From Adineta vaga (taxonomy: Eukaryota > Animalia > Rotifera): 64,000 bases of DNA. Shown here piece after piece: positions 38,541-51,029 of the stretch (position 1 is its first letter; every line of letters starts with the position of its first letter). The DNA is taken from contig CP075493.1 in assembly GCA_021613535.1 (NCBI GenBank), positions 16,120,001-16,184,000 of the forward strand, given 5' to 3'. The notes under the pieces were generated by a model. That model saw only the letters and a list, made by a program, of their open reading frames with translations. It was not told where the DNA came from and did not search any database. A program made the position numbers and the translations under genes.

Positions 38541-39229
38541 TTAAAGCAGAGTAACTGATTCACCATACGAATTTCAATCAGTCTTCACTAGTAGAGATTA
38601 CGTTATTTTGTGTCGATCAAAAATCAATGCAGATGGTTAAAAAGTATTAGCATTTGATAAGAAGGATTGGATATAACGAAAAAACCAAAGTAAATACTAG
38701 AATATTAGATTCTGAAAAATTGGAAATTTTAGAAGATTCATTAGAAATCTGTAGATATCAAGATTTAATTACAACTTGAATATCAGTGATTTTATCACGA
38801 TTTCGGATATTTTTCCGTAGTTTCTATCGAATTTCAGCTGTTTTTAATGATTCGTTTTCTATCTCTTTTTTTGAAATGAAAAATCATAATCTGGAATCAT
38901 TTCTAATGATTTCTCCTTCAGAAATCATTTTTTCCCTCTACGTCAATGTATAATAGTACAATCAACATCAAAACCTACCTGTCATTTGACAGGTATATTG
39001 CTTAACATTTAAGCAATTATTTTCGTGGTATCTGATGACTATTTGTAATTACCAACATTTCAGAATTACTCTTGTATTTGGCACACATATGATCATAATC
39101 GTTATTAGGTTTGATTTCCCTTGACAAATCATATCGCACTAAGTTGCAAATGTAATTGAGAAATATTATTTCTTTCACTGAAGTCTAATCGTTATGCTAA
39201 ATGACGTTTATAACTTCTCGATTATTTCC

Positions 39230-39606
39230 GATATGTACCTGTGACAAGTTCCTGGCGGATCTATATTTTCGGACAGCGTTAAAACTCGATCAAAGGAATT
39301 CCTGTGTTCCTGTAGCATCCGACAAGTTCCGGTAACAGTAATTGAACGGTTTTTCCCGGAATCTGGGGTTATGTGAAACTGTAAATTCCGGTAATTTCTT
39401 GACACCGGATCACACCGGATCTGACCGGTTCCGAATATATGTATCTTGCCGGGAATTGCCGGATCCGATAAGCGGATATCAAGGGAAGTTAATAGATTGC
39501 ATCGGAATCCGTTGACAAGTGGCCGACCGGATCCGATCATCCATTTAACAACGGATTTGATAGATCCCCAACAGGATCCGATGGACACGTTTTGACCTGG
39601 GACTGT
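39230..39606 (-). repeat. Element end with CCGG/GATCCG subterminal repeats (CCCAGGTCAA terminus)
   Basis: GC-rich patch with many CCGG/GGATCC motifs ending TTGACCTGGG; a similar TTGACCTTGG end occurs at about 40797. Confidence 0.45.
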
Positions 39607-39881
39607 GTAATTCACAAGATACTGTTCTTAAATAGCATTTTATCGCCAGTAAGTGGCTAAAATGTTTAATGGATTCTGCTACCAAATGTATGCATTTGTA
39701 CCGGTATTAGCTTTAAAATTTTCAAAAGAAAACGAATGATACAAGGTACGTATTCATTTACGCCTACTGGTAACAATATCAAACTATATGTGAAACAATA
39801 CAGATGTCTTTAATAATACCATGATTATAAAAATCAGTGAAAATATTTGACTATTTACACATTTTTAGTGTTTCAATCAAT

Positions 39882-40193
39882 ATGCATAGTTATCCTTTAG
39901 CTGCTTTCCTCTTAATATTCGTTCCCGGTTGTATTTATTCCAGTGAACTCAATCGTGACAAACGTTGTGCAACTTGTTGTGGCCCACCTCCATGTTGTAA
40001 CTGTTGTGGTTTACCAAAATGTGGTTTTAAATTCAATCTAACTGACTTAATTAATCTAACCACCGAACCAATGGTAATCACATCAACTGTCTCCACTCCG
40101 GTGGTTCGTGTAACTCGACCTCCAATGTGTCTCACGTGTTGTGGAAAACCATCTTGTTGTAATACATGTGGACTCGATATTAGATCTAATTAA
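39882..40193 (+). CDS. Small secreted Cys-rich peptide precursor (103 aa)
   Basis: Hydrophobic signal peptide; KR site; two CxTCCGxPxCCNxCGL modules separated by a Thr/Pro-rich linker. Confidence 0.75.
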   Translation: MHSYPLAAFLLIFVPGCIYSSELNRDKRCATCCGPPPCCNCCGLPKCGFKFNLTDLINLTTEPMVITSTVSTPVVRVTRPPMCLTCCGKPSCCNTCGLDIRSN

Positions 40194-40960
40194 ATTACTA
40201 ATAGAAATTATTGACACATTCCGGAGTCTTTTAAATAGAAGATAGTCACTAAAGAAATCTATTTTGGAGTTGAATTTGAAAAGAATATGAAAATACAATT
40301 TATTTTTATTTCATTAACTCTTTGAGTCCCGGGTTTTTTTTTCAAAAAAAAACGAAACTTTTTAATAAAATCTCTACAAATGACCTCTATTCTTTAAAAA
40401 GTAATTCTGTTTTTGTCACAAATAGTCACTATTAGGTCATCTTTGTATGGTAGTCTTTAAAGCAATCAACAATACAAACATGTGTATCGCAGTCAGGAAA
40501 AATATATCGTGTATCACTACAAATATTATGCGATGCACAAGTGACTTATATTCTTCGCAGTTGATTTGATTGTGAGACTTACAGAATAAGTGCAAGAATA
40601 TGTCGAGTAGTTAGACGAAGAGGAGAATCTCTTATAGATAGTCTTCCAATAGTAGTTGATCTTTGTAGTTCATAGTTTATCAAAGTTCCTCCAGTTATTT
40701 CAAGCCTAAAATCAGATACCCAGATTCAGCAATCCAACACCGTATCTTACAAAATCTTGTAAGTTCCAACCATCCTACACAATCCTATTGGATTGATTGA
40801 CCTTGGATGATATGTGTTATCATCTAATAAAAGATAAAAGGATGTTCCAAACGATTAAAGAATATGTGTAAGGCAAAGTTGGGTTTTAGGCAAAGTTAAA
40901 CTTTAATTTTTCAGGTATTCTAACTTTTAATTTCAAATATGAATCTTAGTTTAAAATATG

Positions 40961-41007
40961 TTGAGGGTGGGTGTGGGGTTACTACATGTATCTAACACCC
41001 ACACCCT
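40961..41007. repeat. Head-to-head telomeric-repeat hairpin
   Basis: TTGAGGGTGGGTGTGGGG, 16-17 nt spacer, ACACCCACACCCT. Confidence 0.7.
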
Positions 41008-41332
41008 AATGTTAATTTATTCTTCAGTATTATGATCATTAAATTAGGTATGTGCGGCGTCAGTGACAATACACTAAAACTATTACACTGATATGAGTAT
41101 GGATATATAAGAGTAGAAAATATACATTTAAATATAATTATTTCAGTATTTTAGTTCAGAAATTTGTATTTGATTTCTATCGAATCTACGAATAAATTTG
41201 ATTAACATTCAATTGATTTCTTCGCACTGTACTAATCGAGTCAAAACAACTGAAGATTCATTCAGTGCTACACATTGTTGACTATATTGAGCCAATATTC
41301 GACGTTCAAGGGATTATAAATATTGGACAATA

Positions 41333-42565
41333 CTATTGTAATTTTTGTAAATGATCACAACACCAGTAATCAATTTCATTAGGAGATGTTGATTTTGACA
41401 GCATCAGAGGATGTAGAATAGTGTACCGATCGAAACTATGTGGTAAAGTATACAAATAGATGGAAGCCCACTGTTGATCATTAATCCATTTGCACCGTAC
41501 AAACCATCGATGATCTCTTATCCAAAAATTAGTACTAAACGATTGAAGTAAAGTGTCAACATGATTCTCTTTCATATCACAGTTCCAACAGTACTCTTTC
41601 ATTTTCAATTGAAAAGTGTTTAATTTTGGTAAATGATTGACAATAATCTTTTTCCATTGATATCCATTTATTTCAATGTAAAATCTATCTCTCCTGATAT
41701 TCGTATAATGATCGGAGTTATACTCATATCTGCCGTATAACCAATGACGTATTTTTCCCAAATATGTATTCAATAACTCAATCGTCAAATGTCGTAAATT
41801 AGGCATACATGTCAAAAACTTTTCTATCGCAAATGAAGCATCACGAGCATAAAGTTTCAGTGAAACGATTGATTCTAACCGATATAATGAAATGTCATTC
41901 ATAAAATATTCATTTATTTCTATGGATAAATGTGTAAGGTGAGGTGTATGTATGATTAATCTTAACAAATCACTGAATTGAATATTCACAGACTGTATAG
42001 TCAAATACTTTAAATACGAAGACGTAATTGTTGGGGATAGATAATGTATTCGCCCATGAAAACTAATATCAACATGACACCGAATTAACTTAGGAATTTG
42101 CCAAATATTATCAATCAGCAACTGATATCGCCCATTGGTCAAAGACATATAACACTTATTGAAACGAAGGTAAGTTAGATGAGGAATAAAATGACATTCG
42201 CTGATGATTTCTTTGATAGTTTCATAGGATGACATATGATCAAACGAAAGTAATCGCAGGTTTGAAAAAGAACGAATAAGTAAACTTCGACAAAAAAGAT
42301 GTTGGATTAAATCTTGTAATTCATCATTATTTGAGAAGCGAATAGAAGTAATTCGATCAGGAAATTTACATATGTACAAAGAAAAGATACTTGAAAAAGT
42401 GTTCTTTGATATCGATTGAAAATCAAAATGATAATTTCGACTCGAAGAGAATAATAACGAATTAAATCGATTGTTGAGACCATAAAATGCTTGAAAAATA
42501 TGAACATCATCAAGAAATTCGAATAGATATAATAATATTTCGTTGGGGAATGATTCTAAATTCAT
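41333..42565 (-). CDS. F-box plus LRR-like protein, possibly C-terminally truncated
   Basis: N-terminal LESFPNEILLYLFEFL F-box-like motif; LxxLxL repeats; LYTLP motif. Confidence 0.75.
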   Translation of the reverse strand: MNLESFPNEILLYLFEFLDDVHIFQAFYGLNNRFNSLLFSSSRNYHFDFQSISKNTFSSIFSLYICKFPDRITSIRFSNNDELQDLIQHLFCRSLLIRSFSNLRLLSFDHMSSYETIKEIISECHFIPHLTYLRFNKCYMSLTNGRYQLLIDNIWQIPKLIRCHVDISFHGRIHYLSPTITSSYLKYLTIQSVNIQFSDLLRLIIHTPHLTHLSIEINEYFMNDISLYRLESIVSLKLYARDASFAIEKFLTCMPNLRHLTIELLNTYLGKIRHWLYGRYEYNSDHYTNIRRDRFYIEINGYQWKKIIVNHLPKLNTFQLKMKEYCWNCDMKENHVDTLLQSFSTNFWIRDHRWFVRCKWINDQQWASIYLYTLPHSFDRYTILHPLMLSKSTSPNEIDYWCCDHLQKLQ

Positions 42566-42780
42566 TATCTCTTTCCTAATTATTAGATTAAAAAATTAAT
42601 AATCTACAATAAAAAAATATTTTTTTTATTACTTAATCGATTTTACAATTATTTTCAGAAGATTTCCCTTATCTCTGTAAGTATTTCACAATTTCAAGAA
42701 AATTATTATCAGAAGGTCAGATTTCATCATTCTATCTAATTATGGTCAATAACTTCGTTTTACTCACTCAGAAATATCTT

Positions 42781-42837
42781 GGGTGGGTGTGGGTGAGGGT
42801 GTGGGTGTGGGTGTGGGTGTGGGTGAGGGAGGGTGAG
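42781..42837 (+). repeat. Interstitial telomeric tract (TGTGGG/TGAGGG)n
   Basis: About 9 hexamer units. Confidence 0.9.
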
Positions 42838-42843
42838 AATAGC

Positions 42844-42889
42844 TACCATGACCGGTTTCGACCTTGCTAAAGAGTCTCATCAGATGGCA
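42844..42889 (-). ncRNA. Type I minimal hammerhead ribozyme
   Basis: Minus strand reads TGCCAT CTGATGA GACTCTTTAGCAAGGTC GAAA CCGG TC ATGGTA: full core, GUC cleavage triplet, stem I GCCAT/ATGGT. Confidence 0.85.
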
Positions 42890-42980
42890 AAGAAATCTGA
42901 GGATCTAATTATAGAGATACCAAAGAAATTTAGTTCGAACTGTTAAATTAACTTAGAACAAACTAATCTAATGTCCAGAA

Positions 42981-43035
42981 GGGTGTGGGTGTCGATGTTG
43001 TGTATGAGACGAAGTAATTATACACCCACACCCAT
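42981..43035. repeat. Head-to-head telomeric-repeat hairpin
   Basis: GGGTGTGGGTGT..spacer..ACACCCACACCC. Confidence 0.7.
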
Positions 43036-44477
43036 CTTGACTATAGATAGATCTTATACTCGTAAGAATTCCCTAAAATTTTAAACCTGAAATAATAATT
43101 TTTTTGCTTCAGTTATTGAGCAATAAAGAAACTCAATTTTTTAATCTTTTCTTGTGATATATCATATTTTTTCAATTTCTAATATGTGGAAACAAAGATG
43201 ATTGTTCTAGGCTAAATGTTTTAGAATATCCTGACTAGCATGAGATTTGTCTATAGTCAAGATCTCAGCTCAAGACTGTGCGATTTTCTGCTTCTCTGTA
43301 TGCTCTGCCCAAGCCCAAAACTCCAGTGGAATCATCTTAACTCGAGAAAGACAGCGTATAGGGACGAACTCTTTTACGGCTGAACTAATCTCACCAGGTG
43401 CCACTTATTGCTAAAGTTTCAGTTCAATCAGTGAGTCACACTTGCGGATCTTTCCTCGTTAGTTAAACTTTTCAAACCGTATACATGGAATTTTGATCAA
43501 AACATGTTTTATTCTAAAAAATTAATAGCTTCTAAGAAAAACTGTGAATATTAGGAAATATACTAAAAATGAAAAAAATTGCAGGTGTAGTGCAATACTA
43601 AAAGTATAAGAAAAAAGCTAATAAAGTGAAATTCCACGAAAAACATAAATACACAGAACTTCTTTGTTTAGAATTCATAAACATTTAGAAGTTCAAAATG
43701 TACGTGCTTTTTACAGGTGTCACAATATGACAGAATTATGAAGCTTGGCAAAAGTTTGGTTTGTCTATTAATTGAGAGATTCGTTGATCAGTTTGGGTTT
43801 GAGTAGACTAACTAAAATTATAAAAAAATTGTTATTGGATAATCATCATTTATTACTTTCAATCGAGTAAAGTCGATTGAATCGTAATGTAATAAATTTC
43901 GACAGATTTCTCTCATATAAATCGATTTTTATCAGTTAAATCATGTAAAATAATATCTTTTAATAATTTTCTCAAGTACAGAGAATAGCTTTCATTGATG
44001 AAATGTGAAATAATTATTTTAGTTGGTTATTATGTTTAAAATCGATTAAAATCCTTAAAGTCCATTGGAATCTTAATTGGTTTTAATCCAATGACGGGTC
44101 TAAGATCTTCGAAACGGAGAATGATTACAGTCAAAAATGACCTTTTGAGGCTCATTTGAGATAATATGAAGTCATCTCTCAGTCATTTCTGCTAAAAAAA
44201 TTAAAAAATTGAAAATATTTCCTTATCAACAGGGGTGATTGTACCCAGTGTCACCTAAGCTCGCTATTGGAAAGAGTTAAAATTAACTGTCAACTGATCG
44301 AAGAGAATTTCAACTTGTTATTAAGCTTAAAATCTATGAAACAGGAATTTCTGATAGGTATCCTATTTAACTATTATTGTAATTATTTATCCACAAATCA
44401 TCATTCGATTTAAGAATATGTTTAAAATATTACTACTTACAGTTAAATGATAAATTGCAAATTAGTCAGCTGGAACG

Positions 44478-45917
44478 TCAGTGCTTACGATATATATCGA
44501 CCACATCTAACGTTTTTTTACGAACTAAGTCTAGTGTTTCTATAAAGGTGAGTTGGCTATAATTTGCATTTTTTATTTCTAAATTCACATAACCGTAGTG
44601 AGATTTGTATTCGGCGTGTGCTGGAGCTTCTTTCTCTATATGCTGTTTTGGTTCCGGAGCCCCACCAGCTCCACTGGTTACATAAATCGTGCCTGGTTGG
44701 TAGATGTAATTTCTTGCAAAAGGATATCCAGTGGAATTAGCTGCAAGCAAACGTTCATACCAATGAACATGTCCACAAAAATAAAAATCAACGTTATATT
44801 TTTCCATAATCGCTGCAAAAGCTTGACGACACGTGTTGTAAATCTTTTGATCTGCAATATCATTAGCAGCTTCTGGTATGCTGCCAAAAAATGGCCGATG
44901 AGCAGCGACTACTAACCATGGTACTGTTGCACGACTTTTATTGGTACGATCTAAGTCATTTATTAACCATTGTGTTTGATTTCCTAGTGGTCTAAAGTTG
45001 CCTCCATTTAGCGTTGTGTTAGGGCCCGCTGGTGCACCTTTAAAATCGGTTTCACTGGTGACAACAGCGATATGTACCATTCCAAACGTGAAACTATACC
45101 ATAAATTTTTGAAACCTCCAGTTTCATCACCAGGCATACGAAACGGATGTAAATAAGCCGAGAAGTTTCTGAACGGTTGATGTTCTGGATTAGCACACCT
45201 CTTTTTGTCATGCCCTTGAATACAGGTAACCTCATGGTTACCTGGTTCTGTCATATAAAACTTAGTTGTAGTTATTGGTTGCATTGCATTTTGGAAGTCG
45301 TTCCATTCTTGTTTATAGGTCTCCGGATCGTGCTCTACAAAGTGATCATCTGCATAAGATATATCTCCAACACGCAGGTACAAGTCTGTCTTGTTCCTTG
45401 CGTCGATTAAAGCCTTGATTGTGTGAGTAGCGGAAGTTTTCCGTATACCTAAATCACCAACAATAGCTATATTTATCGGTTTCGATTCGCCATCAGGTGG
45501 GGGTGCTTTAAACGAATATGTCGTGGATGCACGAGTACAATTAGCAGCCATTATGTAGTAATAGTAGGTTGTTGACGAAGTGACATTTATACCAACATTA
45601 TGGAACCAAGATCCAGTATCAGACGCATAGTACATCGTCGAAGTTCCATTTGCAGTAATGCTCTGAGAAAAATTTCGAAATATACTATGTACAACTTTCG
45701 GAACAGGTGTGTCATCTATACCATATGTGGGTATCGAATTTTTTACATATTTCTTTCCATACGTTTTCCATGATATGAAAACCCCATTCGGTGGTTTCAA
45801 TGCAATTCAAATTTGCTCTGGCACACTATTATTTTTAATACATTGTACTTCATCGGCGTTCACCTGGAACAGCATCAAAAAGATGCAAATCACTATAATA
45901 AGAGCAATAAATCGCAT
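44478..45917 (-). pseudogene. Secreted purple acid phosphatase, intronless, one in-frame TGA
   Basis: Signal peptide from ATG 45917; TGA at 45807-45809 (PEQI*IALKPP); all five motifs present: GDLG, GDISY, GNHE, AHRP, GHVHWYER. Confidence 0.9.
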
Positions 45918-46058
45918 TATGCTATAGCGAAAGTACCGTCTAAACTCTTCTACAAGAATATACAAAAAAGGTTTTATTAAAAAGTGAAAAGGAGAGATGT
46001 GGAAGCTGTTATTAAAATACAATTTTCCCTGATTGGGTAATCATACGCATGTCTAGAA

Positions 46059-46147
46059 GGTGTGGGTGTGGGTGGGTGTGAGGGTGGGGGTGAGTCTCCA
46101 GATGAATAAGACACCCACACCCACCCACCCACCCCACCCACACCCTC
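46059..46147. repeat. Head-to-head telomeric-repeat hairpin
   Basis: (GGTGTG)n TCTCCAGATGAATAAG (ACACCC)n. Confidence 0.85.
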
Positions 46148-46154
46148 TGCATAA

Positions 46155-46992
46155 TTATTTTATAAGATAACTAAGTTCTTTACGATAGATCCGACTTGAT
46201 GAAATATAACAAAAAAATGGTGTAGTAAATGATATTTTAAATAAAATATCAAAACAGCTAGATACCAAACGAAATTGTGATGTGGACACAAATGCCAATG
46301 GTAAATTTAATATAATAAATGGAATTCCTTTTGGAATATTTAAAATAACATAAATTCCTAATTTGAAAAAATAACATTTGAAATAATTGACTTTCAGTAC
46401 GGCGATAGGAAGAATTTTCCACTGGTATGACATGATTTCGACTAATATTATGAATTGTTAAAAAGCCAAATACAGTCATAAGAATATGTCCAATTATTGC
46501 TACTATAATAGGTAGCATAAGTCCAAATACTTGTTTATAAGGCATATCATATCGTATTCGACATCCGAATCCATCATCTTGTCGTAATGTAGCCAATACT
46601 AGATAAATTGCAGCACACAATTCAAAAATCAAAGTGACAATAATGAGAACATACCGTGATACTTTGATATTACTTAAATTTCTTATTTGAACTTTATTTG
46701 AACTAGCACAATATCGATCAATTGATACAATTACAGTATAATAAGGTAAAAGAAAAACACATAATACATTACCATACACAAAGAATCTACACGAATGAAC
46801 TGATGTTTGAGCTAAATCAATCAGAGAATTAATTGATAATGCAAGAAAATAACGAGAACAAGCGTGGTTATAAAGAAAACGTCGTGTAAGTACAGCAATA
46901 TTTAATGAATTACCAATTATATCACAAGCAATAATGATAGGTATTATAATTTTTGTTAATTGTAAATTAATCATTTGAAAAATATCTGCCAT
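46155..46992 (-). pseudogene. Rhodopsin-like GPCR, frameshifted near TM6
   Basis: IGNSLN and SIDRY motifs; TM6-TM7 (PFFCYISSSRIYRKEL) lie in a different frame. Confidence 0.8.
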
Positions 46993-47190
46993 TGATAGTT
47001 TTATAATTTCAAGTTCCGTTTATAAAAACAAAAGTAAACCTATATGAAATAATGACATTAATATATATATATATATACTTGATGTGAATCGAAAGAGGAA
47101 AACTGTGTCTGTCGCTAACAAAACGATCTTTTATATGGGGTGGGGAGTGCAGACACCATCACAATCTAGAAAGAAAAGTTTGTTTATATT

Positions 47191-48391
47191 TGTGACGACA
47201 AACTGGTTGAGTAGCTAACCGCCTCTCACGGTATGATGTTTATTGACTACTCTACATGACCAGAATGTGGCGATTTCACAATAAGACACACGTTTATATA
47301 GAGAAGAGGAAAGAGAGAGATGACCCGGAGACAATATGATATAGAGGTGAGAGAATAGAGAACAGAAAGAGATGAACGATATCATTATCGTTACACCCTC
47401 CCATTCAGATTAGACGCGCTCCTGAGCGTCTTTACAATATAAAGTCGAAAGCGAAAAAAAAATGAAGATGAGTAGATAATGATCATGAGAAAGGTCACAT
47501 GAATACGAACAATATAAACTCATCGAATACACTAAAATATCTCAACGAAAAATGCGATTTATAAACGTTTACATAAAACGAAATAGTTTAAATAAACTGC
47601 GATCAAACAACTACGATGTTCATACAAAAAAATTAGCGCAATAACAAACACATACGCATTAACAAGAGATATTTAATACGACTTTTCCTCATCCTCTTGC
47701 TTAAATCGATTACCTCGATGTTTCATACAAAGCAAAAAAAAATAAAAATATAATGAGTCAGTTAGTGCACTCTTCTGTATGCAACTTTATTCGAACGAAT
47801 CTTGTGCCAATAAAATGAATCGCCACGCACTAGAAGTAGAACACTTCCATGTCATTCTTCTCACGGATAACTCGGCTGTTCGGGCGTTGGGTCGTTCTCG
47901 CAGCTACACATCGATAAATTCCATCGATTGTCTTTGTTTCAAATAATTCTGTCTGGGTTAAGATACCTGCCAACGCTTGCCCATTCGATTCCGATGCCGT
48001 TCATGCCGTTAAGGAGGTTCATCATCATATTAATTCAAAATTCATTCTTGTTATTTTACATACACTGCAGTCACCGATTGACCATTAAATTTTGGTTAGT
48101 TCATTGATTGATCTCCAATGTTGTTTGTGTTCACTAAAGAATCTACTTCGAGTGGATTTATGAAGATTCAGTAGCCAGGGTCGCCATGTGACGACAAACT
48201 GGTTGAGTAGCTAACCGCCTCTCACGGTATGATGTTTATTGACTACTCTACATGACCAGAATGTCCCGATTTCACAATAAGACACACGTTTATATAGAGA
48301 AGAGGAAAGAGAGAGATGACCCGGAGACAATATGATATAGAGGTGAGAGAATAGAGAACAGAAAGAGATGAACGATATCATTATCGTTACA
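47191..48391 (-). mobile_element. Non-autonomous mini LTR retrotransposon (TRIM-like), 1201 bp
   Basis: 205-bp TG..CA direct repeats (47191-47395, 48187-48391); ATATT 5-bp TSD; minus-strand PBS TGGCGACCCTGG and PPT GAATGGGAGGG; no long internal ORF. Confidence 0.93.
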
Positions 48392-48900
48392 ATATTGTGT
48401 ATTTTTTGTTTCTAAAAAAATAAGACTTTGTCAGATCAATTATTTTGCAATGGCAAAATTAACCGTACAGAATCTTGCTTTTTTTTCTAAACAAAAATTA
48501 CACAATTCAAATGCGCTTTACTATGTAGATTGCACAGCTTTTCAGGCTGCATCTTGTAGTATATTTTGTTTTCTTCCAATGTAGAGGAAAGATGATACAC
48601 AAGAGCAACTCATTCTTTCAGGCCTGGAAAAACTAAAATTTCGAGAATGTAAACCTATATATCTCCCTTATAATAGGGGATAGAGACATGAAACTTTGGG
48701 ATAATATTCGCCTACTTACAAGGGATAGAATACCAAAGTTTAAGCATTTTTGAGTTTATTATAAGGAAGAACGAAGAATTTTCTCAACAACTACCAAGAC
48801 TTTTAGTTCACCCTTTAGTAACAAATTCAGTGACTTGAAGTAATTTGAAAATATTCTTTTTTATTCTATTATTCAAAGAATTTAATATAAAATGTTATAT

Positions 48901-49822
48901 TTAATCTCTTCGAAATGCTAATTTATTTTTAATATATCGCCTTAAATCTTGATTACAAAAAATAAAATCACAAATACAAATAAATTCACTAATAACAGCT
49001 AAAACTTGTAAAAGTGAATATACAATTGCACTAACACTATAATTATAATCAAAAGCTACAAGAGAAAAAATTGGTGTCCATCCAATAATAAACATTGAGA
49101 ACATAAATATCATATGTCTTAATAAATATAAATCACGACGATTCATTATTGAACGTTGTTGATGAAGAATGATTGATTGTTGAGGTATAGCTATTACTTG
49201 TTGATGAACTCGACGAGATGATGAATGAACATATTTAAATATAATGAAATTTATACTAAAAGTAATCAATGCTGGAATAATTATAGCAATTACTATTGTA
49301 TAGATTAATAACCATTGAGGAATTGAACAATACTAAAATTAAAAAAGAAATATTTATTTTATTATTTATTAAATAATTATTTTTTACTAATGAAACATAA
49401 AATTTAAATGGTAATGAAATAAGACAAGAAATAATCCATTGTAATATAACACTTATAATCATAAACTTTTTTGTATTAAAAATTCTTTTTGTATGATATA
49501 AAATATTAAAAAATCGATTAATTGTAATGGTTACAAATGAAAATGAACATGCACAAAGACATATTGATTGAATATATGATAGAAATTGACATGTTATTTG
49601 TGTAAATAAATATTCAATATAATATTGACGCATTATAAAATCATTTAAAAAATAAATCGAAATACATGTTGTACTAAAACAAATATTAATTATAAGAATA
49701 TTAATACGATTTGATAAACGACGAATAAATAACAATAAAAATAAATAAATTATTAATAGAAATACATTTAGTGCAAATACAATGATTTTCAATAATGACA
49801 ATATATAAGTAAGATTTTCCAT
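48901..49822 (-). CDS. Rhodopsin-like 7TM GPCR, two exons
   Basis: TINRF (DRY variant) and FIIGWTP motifs; GT-AG intron about 49333-49387 joins the two ORFs in frame. Confidence 0.8.
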
Positions 49823-51029
49823 GATATTTTTACAAAAAATGAACTTATCTCTCTTGAAAATGATTAATATATATATATAAGAGTTTTTGATGGTGTTTAT
49901 TTTTATGATAACTTATTAAATAAAAATATTCACGACGTCATACTTTTTCAGATGTATTTACTATCAATATTTTTAATTAAATCTCTTCACATTACGTCCT
50001 GGATGACTACAAGTATTTTTAAGAAGTTAAAATATTTGTACTAACGAGGTAACCTCAACCATTAATACCATCTATTTGAGCTCATAGATAAGATTCATAG
50101 TGTAGATAAAAATACTAAAATGATTCGTCTCTATAAGTTGTTTTTGATGAGATATAGCTTTTCCTTTCGAACGCTATTGTATTAAACATGTATCTTTTGA
50201 AAAATTCACAACTCGAGGGAACTTTGTTTAAAACAGTTTCATGTACAAATTCTAAAATCTGATTTAGATTGGAAAATGGACTTTTATAGGGAAAATTAAA
50301 TAAAATTGTTATAGTTGATCAAAAATAACCTATGGAGACGAATCATTTAGATAGATCAATGAATGCTATTCATGCTTACGTAATTTCTCTTTGAACTATA
50401 TGGATATTTTTGATAGAATACACGTTATGATAAAAATAATTCAAATCCTTTTTAGTCATTATTGTAACTACGAGTAATAGCTAACATGTGAATATATTCA
50501 GAAAAATATAAATTATGATATTTTTCACATAATATACCTCGATATTATTATCGTTTCTTCCATTATCATGTCTTCACATGTCAAAATGTTTGGACTATTA
50601 CTACTTGACATAAAGCCGCATAAAAATAACGTATGCGATTATATTTCAAACATCGTAGAGAAATGTTGTCAAATAATCAACCTATAAATAAATAGTTAAG
50701 ATTAGGAAAACGAACTGAAAGTATATCTTTATTTAGTTTTCATACTTAAGTAAAAGATCTTTAATCTTTTCGAGGTGATTCAATTTTCAGAGAAATTAAC
50801 GTCTCTAAATTCATTTTATTAAAAATTAAAATACATCACAAGATGCAGCGTGAAAAGCTCGACAATCTACATCTGTTATGTTCGAGGTATAGGTGGAAAG
50901 AAAAAGGAAGACGTGAGTGTTTAGTCCGTTAGAACATAACCGAGTATTTCTTTTAATTTCACAACATATATAGAACCGGTAAAAAAAGAAATAAGAAAGA
51001 AATAGTCAAGAAAATAGATGTCATGATAT

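Noticed and set aside
39208-39615. 135-aa ORF
   Set aside because: Arises from a CCGG-rich repeat; no recognisable motif
40314-44280. TTAACTCTTT..AAAGAGTTAA as a piggyBac-like pair capturing the F-box gene
   Set aside because: Only 6 bp of inverted match inside TTAA; too weak
44598-45927. Plus-strand ORFs over the phosphatase, and similar antisense ORFs over ART-TPR, the RT and piggyBac
   Set aside because: Shadows of real genes on the opposite strand
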